From a virus: a DNA stretch of 42,547 nucleotides. Below the pieces are notes generated by a model. It was given only the letters and a program-made list of their open reading frames with translations. It searched no databases and was not told where the DNA came from. The translations under genes and the position numbers were made by a program. Of the stretch, positions 17,695 to 23,936 are shown one piece after another; within the stretch, counting starts at the first letter, position 1; each line of letters starts with the position of its first letter. The stretch covers positions 1-42,547 of IMG/VR virus record IMGVR_UViG_3300029305_001596. One strand, given 5' to 3'.

Positions 17695-18057
17695 TTAGAA
17701 CGGCAGGTCCTCCCCGCCCACTTCTTCGTAACCCGGTTCCTCGGCCTTCTGCTCCTGCTTCTGGCTCAGGAACTCCACATCGCGTGCATTCACTTCCAGC
17801 GTCGCATGCTTTTCGCCGCTCTTGGCCGTAAACTCACTCAGGAAAATGCTGCCGCTTACGGCCACCTTCTTGCCCTTGGTCAGGTACTGGGCGCAGCTCT
17901 CTGCCAGCTTCTCCCATGCCGTGCAGCGGAAAAACTGGGGCTCGTCGTTCTTGCGTCCGTTCACCGCCACGTTGAAGGTGCATACCTTGCGGCCGGTCGA
18001 AGTCTCGCGCAGTTCCACGTCCTTGGTCACATTGCCGATGATGTTGATCTGATTCAT
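17695..18057 (-). CDS. ssb: Single-stranded DNA-binding protein (120 aa)
   Basis: OB-fold N-terminus MNQINIIGNVTKDVELRETSTG... and acidic tail ending EDLPF. Confidence 0.95.
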   Translation of the reverse strand: MNQINIIGNVTKDVELRETSTGRKVCTFNVAVNGRKNDEPQFFRCTAWEKLAESCAQYLTKGKKVAVSGSIFLSEFTAKSGEKHATLEVNARDVEFLSQKQEQKAEEPGYEEVGGEDLPF

Positions 18058-18728
18058 ACAACCTCTTCTTTCTTGCCAAGCCTGTACAGCCTGGCGATTT
18101 TGGTATCTATGGTGATCGGTTCCAGATGGTACTTGTCCATCAGCCGTTCATCCCCGTGCTGGTGCGCTTCCATGTGGTGCTCACGGCACAGCGGCAGCGC
18201 CTCCATGCCAATGTGGCAGATATCGTGCCGGTCTCTCCCCATGCCCACACGGTCCACATGGTGCAGCTCTGTGGGCTTTCCGCATACAGCGCATTTCTTG
18301 TGCGCCATGCAGCTGTAAACGTATCTCGGTATATCGTCGCACAGCTCGCACAGCATCACCGCCGTTGGTATGTCGTAGGCCAGGATGAAGTCAATCAGGT
18401 AGGTGATGTATTCCCTTGCCGTGGTCACGTCGCAGTCCGCAAGGCTGAACAGCTCCTGCTCCATCCGCGTCAGCTCGTCCTTCAGGAACCGGCGTTTCAG
18501 AATCAGCTTCACCTGCTCCGGGCTTTCGCCGCTCCAGTTGGATATCTCTGCCATCAGCGCATAGGCTTTTCTGCGCTGTACAGGGCTGATAAGGCGCTTG
18601 TCTTCAAGCCCTACCTGCACCTCGTCATACTTCCTCAGGCACGCTCTCTGCACGTCTGGAAGCCTTGCTGTGATGGTCACCGTGCCATCCCTGTGAAACT
18701 CTGCAATCTTGCCTGTAATGATCTCCAT
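18054..18728 (-). CDS. HNH/zinc-finger nuclease-like protein (224 aa)
   Basis: ATG 18728 lies 7 nt after GGAGG; the longer ORF runs into the tRNA. C-terminal CAVCGKPTELHHVDRVGMGRDRHDICH...CREHHMEAH. Confidence 0.55.
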   Translation of the reverse strand: MEIITGKIAEFHRDGTVTITARLPDVQRACLRKYDEVQVGLEDKRLISPVQRRKAYALMAEISNWSGESPEQVKLILKRRFLKDELTRMEQELFSLADCDVTTAREYITYLIDFILAYDIPTAVMLCELCDDIPRYVYSCMAHKKCAVCGKPTELHHVDRVGMGRDRHDICHIGMEALPLCREHHMEAHQHGDERLMDKYHLEPITIDTKIARLYRLGKKEEVV

Positions 18729-18748
18729 TCTGGCACCTCCTGTTCTGT

Positions 18749-18823
18749 TGGTACTGGCGGCAGGAATCGAACCCGCGACAAGCTGCGTATAAGGCAGCCG
18801 CTCTGCCACTGAACTACGCCAGC
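18749..18823 (-). tRNA. tRNA-Ile (anticodon UAU), CCA encoded
   Basis: Hand-folded cloverleaf: GCTGGCG/TA/GTTC-AGTGGCA-GAGC/G/GCTGC-CTTATAC-GCAGC/TTGTC/GCGGG-TTCGATT-CCTGC/CGCCAGT/A/CCA. Confidence 0.8.
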
Positions 18824-18945
18824 ATATCAGGGAGCCTTAAAGCAGGCTCCCACCGCGCCCCGAAAGGAGGAAGGGAACGGCTGGGGTTATACCCCAATGG
18901 AGGGTGCCCCGGCAGTGAATCCATGGCCAAAAACCTGCCGGGAAT

Positions 18946-19021
18946 TGGAGCGGTGGGCGGGATTTGAACCCGTAGCCTACGGCTTGGAAGGCCGTTGCTC
19001 TGCCAGTTGAGCTACCACCGC
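18946..19021 (-). tRNA. tRNA-Gly (anticodon UCC), CCA encoded
   Basis: GCGGTGG/TA/GCTC-AACTGGCA-GAGC/A/ACGGC-CTTCCAA-GCCGT/AGGCT/ACGGG-TTCAAAT-CCCGC/CCACCGC/T/CCA. One A:C mismatch at the base of the T stem. Confidence 0.85.
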
Positions 19022-19040
19022 ATGCGAGGGCGTTCAGCCC

Positions 19041-19655
19041 TCAGTTGACGCTCTGCCGCGCCTTTTCATCCAGGGCGCATTCCATGCACAGCACCCTGCC
19101 GTAGGCCTTCTTGGTGCCTGCCGCAATCTGCTGCGGCGTCTGTCCCTTGGCCGCTGTGATCACGTTTCCGCAGTCGGCACAGATGGGTGCATTCACCGTG
19201 GAGTTTTCTACCGCCGTATTGGCCGTATATTTGCTGTCAGGGGCTTTCCACCATACGTCTGCGCCAATGCCAAGGTGCTTGCAGGCAATGCCCAGCGCGT
19301 CTGTAAACGCCATTTTGAAGGCCTCGTCGCTGGCCTGTGCGCCGCTCTTGCGGTTGGCAACCATCGTGTTGCCGCCAATGCCCACAATCGGCTTGGACCA
19401 CTCACCGCCGCGCTTCACATAAAGGCTCACCTCAACGAACACCAGCAGTTCCTTGGTTTCGGGGCTTTCCTCCACCCAGCACTTGTTGGTCTCGCAGTAC
19501 CAGCCAAAGCCGCATTCGCCGTATTCCTCGGTCAGCACCTTGATGCGCCACATGGGGTTGATGTCGGTTCCCTTGAACCGGCCGTTGTTAAAGTCCTTCA
19601 GCGCTTCTTTGGGCGGCTGCTTGTACTTGTTGTACATCTCAAGGTTGTTGCTCAT
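19041..19655 (-). CDS. Rad52-like single-strand annealing recombinase with C-terminal zinc ribbon (204 aa)
   Basis: GECGFGW ... GIGGNT ... SDEAFKMAFTDALGIACKHLGIGADVWW resembles the Rad52/Sak motif pair. CADCG...CMEC at the C-terminus. Confidence 0.6.
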   Translation of the reverse strand: MSNNLEMYNKYKQPPKEALKDFNNGRFKGTDINPMWRIKVLTEEYGECGFGWYCETNKCWVEESPETKELLVFVEVSLYVKRGGEWSKPIVGIGGNTMVANRKSGAQASDEAFKMAFTDALGIACKHLGIGADVWWKAPDSKYTANTAVENSTVNAPICADCGNVITAAKGQTPQQIAAGTKKAYGRVLCMECALDEKARQSVN

Positions 19656-19839
19656 CGTTTTCCTCCAACGGGCATCTAAGCCCCATAAACTTCGTCTGGT
19701 AAATGATCTCCTCAGTCAGCAGGCATTTCTTCCTGCCTCGGCAGCTGGTATCGTCCGCCAGGAACATGCACCCGTCGCAGCACACGTTCTGCGGGTGAAA
19801 CCCCACCAGCATGGTCAGCTTCATCGTCACCGGCGTCAT
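19639..19839 (-). CDS. Small Cys-rich protein (66 aa)
   Basis: ORF track; ATGA overlap with the upstream gene. CCDGC ... CRGRKKC. Confidence 0.45.
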   Translation of the reverse strand: MTPVTMKLTMLVGFHPQNVCCDGCMFLADDTSCRGRKKCLLTEEIIYQTKFMGLRCPLEENDEQQP

Positions 19840-20027
19840 CCGGCCTTGCGCCTCCTCTCTTCCAGACAGTCAGCGCACATCGGGTTTCCGTCAATCAGGT
19901 GGAACCATTCGCCCTGCATAATGTCCCTGCCGCAGTATTCGCAGATGGTGTAGGCTTCCGTCCCGTCTGGAATCTCCCCAAAAGGGATCTCGTCGTTCTC
20001 CCACGCATGGGGCAGATCGTTACACAT
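19836..20027 (-). CDS. Small zinc-ribbon protein (63 aa)
   Basis: CEYCG ... CADC. Confidence 0.55.
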   Translation of the reverse strand: MCNDLPHAWENDEIPFGEIPDGTEAYTICEYCGRDIMQGEWFHLIDGNPMCADCLEERRRKAG

Positions 20028-20181
20028 ACTGCCATTCCTCCCGCGCTTTTTCGTACATCTCCCGGTTTCTGCTGGCTGCCAGGCGCTTCTTCTGCATCGC
20101 CTTCAGGCTCATGGCCTCCCGCTCTTCGCAGTCGCATCTCTCGCCTGGGTCAAGGTAAGCCCCGCAGTTCACGCACCGCAT
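20020..20181 (-). CDS. Small zinc-ribbon protein (53 aa), below the ORF-track cutoff
   Basis: Hand translation: MRCVNCGAYLDPGERCDCEEREAMSLKAMQKKRLAASRNREMYEKAREEWQYV. AGGAGG lies 8 nt upstream. Fills the gap between two called ORFs. Confidence 0.55.
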   Translation of the reverse strand: MRCVNCGAYLDPGERCDCEEREAMSLKAMQKKRLAASRNREMYEKAREEWQYV

Positions 20182-20349
20182 TCAGCTCACCTCCTGATCG
20201 TACAGCCAGTCAGCAACCGTCTGCATGAAGGCGTTGGGTGCCTGCTCGGCGTAGCACGCAACCACCATCTCCGCGTCTTCCTGGTTCATGATCAGCATCA
20301 GGATCTCGCGTTCGTGTCCTTCCACCAGCTTCAGCAGTTTTTCAATCAT
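20182..20349 (-). CDS. Small acidic protein (55 aa)
   Basis: ATG 20349 in ATGA overlap with the upstream stop. MIEKLLKLVEGHEREILMLIMNQEDAEMVV... Confidence 0.5.
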   Translation of the reverse strand: MIEKLLKLVEGHEREILMLIMNQEDAEMVVACYAEQAPNAFMQTVADWLYDQEVS

Positions 20350-20558
20350 AAGCACAGCCACCACCTTACAAACATCACTGGGACACTGATAAACAGCCCT
20401 GCCAACGCCAGCGAAATCATAACCGTCAGCCATGTGTCATCCTTCGGCATGCTTCTGCGAAGCGCCCGTTTGCACTCCGGGCTGAGGCGCGTCTTGCTGG
20501 AAAAACCTTTGTATTCTTTCAGAACGCCCGTGTGGGCGATATATGAAAATCTTGTCAT
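20346..20558 (-). CDS. Small membrane protein (70 aa)
   Basis: C-terminal TM segment WLTVMISLALAGLFISVPVMFVRWW. Confidence 0.5.
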   Translation of the reverse strand: MTRFSYIAHTGVLKEYKGFSSKTRLSPECKRALRRSMPKDDTWLTVMISLALAGLFISVPVMFVRWWLCL

Positions 20559-20815
20559 GCTCTCCTCCGTTTGATCCTGCCGTTCTCGTCAAACAGGTTC
20601 GGGTCATATGTCACCGCAGGCCGTTTGTGCGGCCTCGGCAGGTTCTGCGCCGGGGCAATCGTGCAGCTCATAATCCAGCGCTGCAGCTCCTGCTCCGTTA
20701 CCCGGTACTGCTTCTCGTTCAGCTGCACCCGGTTCATCTTCTTCATGGTTTCCTGTGCAGCCCTCGGCGTACAGCCCAGCACTTCTGCCACCTCGTACTT
20801 GCTCATCAGCTTCAT
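20555..20815 (-). CDS. Excisionase-like / MerR-type HTH protein (86 aa)
   Basis: ATG 20815 in ATGA overlap. KYEVAEVLGCTPRAAQETMKKM...YRVTEQELQRWI. Basic tail. Confidence 0.5.
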   Translation of the reverse strand: MKLMSKYEVAEVLGCTPRAAQETMKKMNRVQLNEKQYRVTEQELQRWIMSCTIAPAQNLPRPHKRPAVTYDPNLFDENGRIKRRRA

Positions 20816-21213
20816 GCCATCAGCCTCCATGCTTCCGTCAGCTCACTGGCCCGTCGGCCAACCTGTTCCTTGGTCAGCCCTGTCACAATGGGATGGTCGC
20901 CGTCCTCTGTCATCTGGTACACGTCCAGCGTCTTGCCGTTGCGTATGGCCAGTTTCTTGAGGTCGCTGGCCACAAAGAACTTGTCCTCTCCGCAGGGAAG
21001 AATCCCAGCGCTCTGCGGCATCTCCTCTGTTTTCACAGGTTCGGTCGCCTTGCAGAACCTCGGCTTTCGGGTGTTTCCGCGCCCAATGTACTTGCAAACG
21101 CTGCTGTAGCTGATCTCTGTCAGGTCTGCAATCTCCCGGTTGCTGTAACCCTCTTCACGAAGCTCAAGCAGCTCCTGTACGCTGATCTCTTTGGTAATGG
21201 TGCGTCCTCTCAT
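20812..21213 (-). CDS. HTH DNA-binding early protein (133 aa)
   Basis: N-terminal [32 protein letters not shown] (LuxR/resolvase-type HTH). Confidence 0.55.
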   Translation of the reverse strand: MRGRTITKEISVQELLELREEGYSNREIADLTEISYSSVCKYIGRGNTRKPRFCKATEPVKTEEMPQSAGILPCGEDKFFVASDLKKLAIRNGKTLDVYQMTEDGDHPIVTGLTKEQVGRRASELTEAWRLMA

Positions 21214-21785
21214 TTCTCAACCACCTCAACCAACTCTACGCGCTCGCAACGAATCTTGCCGTCCGTGTTGTAAGGCACACACACACCAGCCAACCATTCC
21301 CAACGAATCAAAACCTTCCAGATGACGCCTTTGTAGTTTCTCTTCACCCATTCAAGAGGAGCAACGTTGATACCACAGCCGCAAACATCGGTTCTGTTAG
21401 CGTTCACAACTTCCTCAATAACGGAACCTCTTTCGATCTTCCAATTGGGGTTGGGCATATACATGCTGCCAAACGTTTTGTAGGCGATATAGCCATGTTC
21501 AGTGCGTTCAAAATGTGCTTCCAGGTAATTGACCGCACTGATGAGACCTTTGGCATCGCTCAGGTTGGCATCGCTCAGGTTGGCACCGCTCAGGTTGGCA
21601 CCGCTCAGGTTGGCACCGCGCAGGTCGGCATCGCTCAGGTCGGCACCGCGCAGGTCGGCATCGCTCAGGTTGGCATCGCTCAGGTTGGCATGGCGCAGGT
21701 CGGCATGGCGCAGGTCGGCACGGCTTCCGCCTTCGCCTTTCAGCCAGTTCTCATGGTCTTCCAGAATCTTTTTGAGGTTCAACAT
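21210..21785 (-). CDS. Pentapeptide-repeat protein with unknown C-terminal domain (191 aa)
   Basis: About 13 tandem A(D/N)L(S/R)xA pentapeptides ([56 protein letters not shown]), then a Cys/Trp-containing ~110-aa domain. Confidence 0.9.
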   Translation of the reverse strand: MLNLKKILEDHENWLKGEGGSRADLRHADLRHANLSDANLSDADLRGADLSDADLRGANLSGANLSGANLSDANLSDAKGLISAVNYLEAHFERTEHGYIAYKTFGSMYMPNPNWKIERGSVIEEVVNANRTDVCGCGINVAPLEWVKRNYKGVIWKVLIRWEWLAGVCVPYNTDGKIRCERVELVEVVEK

Positions 21786-21825
21786 GGTTTGATCATCCTT
21801 TCTATCATTTCACAAGCTCGTCGAG

Positions 21826-22200
21826 CCGCTGAGGGTGTCCCAGAACAACCGTTCTATTTCACCCGAGTCTTTTTCTGTGCTATACTGGTTCATCCCCTTA
21901 TCAAGGGAAGAAAGGAGAGATGCCTCGTGAAGAGCATTTTGACTTTGCCCGGTTCCCGACCAGCTGCAGGGAGCAATGCTGATGCGTAAGGGGCGTTAGG
22001 GGCAGAACCAGTACTGCCAAAGTGATCTTGGCCTACAGAACCGTAGTTGTTTTGCGGCCTTCAGCGGCTCGCGTTATCCCTGTGCCACGGGCTTCTGTTA
22101 CAGAGGTGCAGGCTGTCGGGTAAACAAATACTGGGATCGGGGTGTATCGTGAAACAACCACGGTGCATCCTGATTTTTTGTTCTGGGGCATCCTCAGCGG
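21826..22200. repeat. 375-bp non-coding cassette bounded by 23-bp imperfect inverted repeats (21/23)
   Basis: CCGCTGAGGGTGTCCCAGAACAA at 21826-21848 versus TTGTTCTGGGGCATCCTCAGCGG at 22178-22200. No ORF of coding quality lies inside. Confidence 0.85.
21858..21886 (+). promoter_or_regulatory. Plus-strand promoter-like element inside the IR cassette (TTCACC-17-TATACT)
   Basis: Read directly. Followed by AAAGGAGAG and a 20-codon ORF (21920-21982, MPREEHFDFARFPTSCREQC). Confidence 0.4.
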
Positions 22201-22218
22201 ATTGGGTTGATCCTTGGT

Positions 22219-22233
22219 CTACTTTGTGGACAA
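22219..22233. promoter_or_regulatory. Distal operator copy O4 (CTACTTTGTGGACAA) at the 3' end of the cro-like gene
   Basis: Shares ACTTTGTGGACAATG with O1. Lies about 240 bp from the main operator cluster. Confidence 0.5.
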
Positions 22234-22434
22234 TGATGGGAAAAAAAGAGCAAGGAAGCTCTCGCTGTCCTGAACTTCGATAGCTTTTGCTACCGCTTGC
22301 ATATCTTCTGCATCCAACTTTCGGCGACCATTCATCACATCACTGGCCTTCTTTCGCGGCCATCCCATAGCTTTTCCAAACGCTGTCGCGGACGGAAATT
22401 TATCAAGGATCGCGCCTCGAAGTGATACCTGCAC
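22219..22434 (-). CDS. Cro-like small HTH regulator (about 71 aa; start GTG 22434, TTG 22437 or GTG 22443)
   Basis: Divergent from the repressor gene. SATAFGKAMGWPRKKASDVMNGRR HTH. AAGGAGG SD. Confidence 0.6.
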   Translation of the reverse strand: MQVSLRGAILDKFPSATAFGKAMGWPRKKASDVMNGRRKLDAEDMQAVAKAIEVQDSESFLALFFPSLSTK

Positions 22435-22461
22435 CAACGTCACCTCCTTATTTTTTCAAGT

Positions 22462-22554
22462 CCACTTTGTGGACAATGTGATTGTAACACAGTCTGATAT
22501 CATTGTCAACCACTTTGTGGACAAAAAAGCGAAAAAAATTGACTTAGTGGACAA
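22462..22554. promoter_or_regulatory. Operator cluster O1-O3 of the lysis/lysogeny switch
   Basis: CCACTTTGTGGACAA at 22462-22476 and 22510-22524 (inverted core CCAC-TTT-GTGG). TTAGTGGACAA at 22544-22554. Confidence 0.7.
22481..22509 (-). promoter_or_regulatory. Early (lytic) promoter: TTGACA-17-TACAAT on the minus strand
   Basis: tgtcaa at 22504-22509 and attgta at 22481-22486. Flanked by O2 (abutting -35) and O1 (over the predicted start site). Confidence 0.75.
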
Positions 22555-22567
22555 TTTGTGTTATACT
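22539..22567 (+). promoter_or_regulatory. Repressor-gene promoter: TTGACT-17-TATACT on the plus strand
   Basis: Read directly. O3 lies in the spacer. 23 nt upstream of the AAAGGAGG SD of the repressor gene. Confidence 0.7.
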
Positions 22568-22590
22568 CGGCTCAAAAGGAGGTGCAAACA

Positions 22591-22950
22591 ATGCACACAG
22601 GCCAAAAAATAACCACGTTCAAAGAACGCCTGACCGATTTGTGCTATACAAGCGCCCAAAACGATACAGAAATAGCCAAGAGCTTGAATATATCAAAACA
22701 AACATTGAGCGCATGGAAGTGTGGTACTCGTTCTCCCAAGCAACCTACGATAGAATGCATTGCGCGGTACTTCGGGGTCAATATTGACTGGCTAATGGGT
22801 TTTGACGTACCAATGAAGAAAGAAGAAAAGCCCATCCCAGAGGATGAGCTGGATCGCATTCTTGTAAATGCCCTTATGGATCTTACGCCGCAGGAGACGG
22901 CTCAAGTGCTGGCTTTTGTTTCAGGGTTGAAAGCAGCTCGAAAAGCATAA
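22591..22950 (+). CDS. CI-like XRE-family repressor lacking a peptidase domain (119 aa)
   Basis: ATG 22591 lies 8 nt after AAGGAGGTG. HTH DTEIAKSLNISKQTLSAWKCGTRSP...IARYFGVNIDWLMG. Too short for an S24 autocleavage domain. Confidence 0.8.
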   Translation: MHTGQKITTFKERLTDLCYTSAQNDTEIAKSLNISKQTLSAWKCGTRSPKQPTIECIARYFGVNIDWLMGFDVPMKKEEKPIPEDELDRILVNALMDLTPQETAQVLAFVSGLKAARKA

Positions 22951-23029
22951 GCTTTTCTTCATAGGTTAGGGTCTTCACCAACGCTTCGGCTTCTTCTTCT
23001 CTCATCATCATATCCTCGCTTGTCGTCAT
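22883..23029 (-). CDS. Tiny acidic protein (48 aa, or 40 aa from the third ATG) downstream of a LexA-boxed promoter; antirepressor candidate
   Basis: MTTSEDMMMREEEAEALVKTLTYEEKLMLFELLSTLKQKPALEPSPAA. GAGGA SD before the ATGATGATG run. The 3' end overlaps the repressor gene antisense (22883-22950). Confidence 0.45.
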   Translation of the reverse strand: MTTSEDMMMREEEAEALVKTLTYEEKLMLFELLSTLKQKPALEPSPAA

Positions 23030-23050
23030 CGGCCTTGGTAGCGTGATTCC

Positions 23051-23080
23051 ATTATACGAACATCTGTTCGCATTTGTCAA
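23051..23080 (-). promoter_or_regulatory. Consensus promoter TTGACA-18-TATAAT with a Cheo-type LexA box CGAACATCTGTTCG in the spacer
   Basis: tgtcaa at 23075-23080, attata at 23051-23056, box at 23057-23070. The box matches the Gram-positive SOS consensus CGAAC-N4-GTTCG exactly. Confidence 0.75.
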
Positions 23081-23205
23081 TACCTTTCTTCGCGGTATTT
23101 CGCTGCCCTTCTCTTATCCCCTTCGATGATCCTGCATACCTTCTTCAGCGTTGCCGTGTCTTCCGTATCCATGGCCCAGTCCATAATCCTCTGCCTGTAA
23201 TTCAT
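23077..23205 (-). CDS. Tiny basic protein (42 aa)
   Basis: ATG 23205 lies 5 nt after GGAGGA. MNYRQRIMDWAMDTEDTATLKKVCRIIEGDKRRAAKYREERY. Its stop overlaps the -35 of the LexA-boxed promoter. Confidence 0.45.
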   Translation of the reverse strand: MNYRQRIMDWAMDTEDTATLKKVCRIIEGDKRRAAKYREERY

Positions 23206-23314
23206 AATCTTCCTCCATCCTGTTGGTTGATGTCGAAAATGTACCATGAAACGGGCGTTTCGTCTATAATCACTTCGTCCCACATTGTTTAACCATCTGA
23301 AACGGAGGTTTCCC

Positions 23315-23929
23315 ATGGAAGTTTCAGCAAAAATCATTGATCTCATCGTCGAAGAAATCAAAAAGCGCGGCACATCCTACGATGAAATAGCGCGGCTCTC
23401 CCTCCTCAGCAAGTCAACCATCAGCCGCGTTATGACGCAGAAACGTGCTTCGCCGTTCACCATTAAGCAGCTCGTAGCCTACCTTGAGATCGGTGACAAA
23501 TACCGTGCTGTCATGGGCGATGATGCCGAACCCATGCAGGGCTGCCAGATCGCCTCTGAAATGATGATGGAACTTGCTGCCGTCAGAAACGAATGGTCAC
23601 AGCGTCTGGATGATACTGTTGCAAATTATGAAAACCGCATCACCTTTTTCCACCAGCAATTGAAGTCCATTGCAGACGAACGATCCCGCGAACGCGAAGA
23701 CCAAAAAAGTATGCGTCAGCATCTAAAATCACAGATCACTCGCCTTCAGGATAATAATACTGAGCTTCTGAACCGCTTGGTCTCCGCAGAAGCAAAGGCA
23801 AACAAGTCGGAACTTCGTGCTGAGAAAAGCGAAGGCAAGCGCCACAGCATGTTCTGGGGCATGCTGGTCGTCATCATCGCTCTTTGCATCGCTCTTATCA
23901 TAGCCCTCAGTACCGACAGGATCTTTTGA
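23315..23929 (+). CDS. Membrane-anchored HTH protein: N-terminal HTH, coiled coil, C-terminal TM (204 aa)
   Basis: ATG 23315 lies 6 nt after GGAGG. SYDEIARLSLLSKSTISRVM HTH. Long heptad region. FWGMLVVIIALCIALIIALS TM. Confidence 0.7.
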   Translation: MEVSAKIIDLIVEEIKKRGTSYDEIARLSLLSKSTISRVMTQKRASPFTIKQLVAYLEIGDKYRAVMGDDAEPMQGCQIASEMMMELAAVRNEWSQRLDDTVANYENRITFFHQQLKSIADERSREREDQKSMRQHLKSQITRLQDNNTELLNRLVSAEAKANKSELRAEKSEGKRHSMFWGMLVVIIALCIALIIALSTDRIF

Positions 23930-23936
23930 GGAGGGA

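Noticed and set aside
18729-18809. N-terminal extension of the 251-aa ORF (MAERLPYTQLVAGSIPAASTNRTGGAR...).
   Set aside because: This segment is the reverse complement of tRNA-Ile. The true start is ATG 18728, which has a GGAGG SD.
21545-21725. Regular 15-nt periodic repeat (caggttggcatcgct / caggtcggcaccgcg ...) that superficially resembles a short-repeat array.
   Set aside because: It lies entirely within an ORF and encodes A(D/N)LxxA pentapeptide repeats in frame. There are no unique spacers, so it is not a CRISPR array.
21920-21982. The 20-codon ORF (MPREEHFDFARFPTSCREQC) inside the IR cassette as an arbitrium-like communication peptide or a type I toxin.
   Set aside because: The genome has no AimR-like TPR receptor, the peptide has no signal sequence, and it is not hydrophobic. 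It is kept only as a possible leader or marker of the internal promoter.
21786-22218. Reading through the cro-like TAG stop gives about 108 further codons free of TAA/TGA, hinting at a hidden gene in the 433-nt gap.
   Set aside because: The translated sequence has no protein-like features and contains a second TAG. An open stretch of this length is not improbable by chance at this GC content. The region is better explained by the inverted-repeat cassette.
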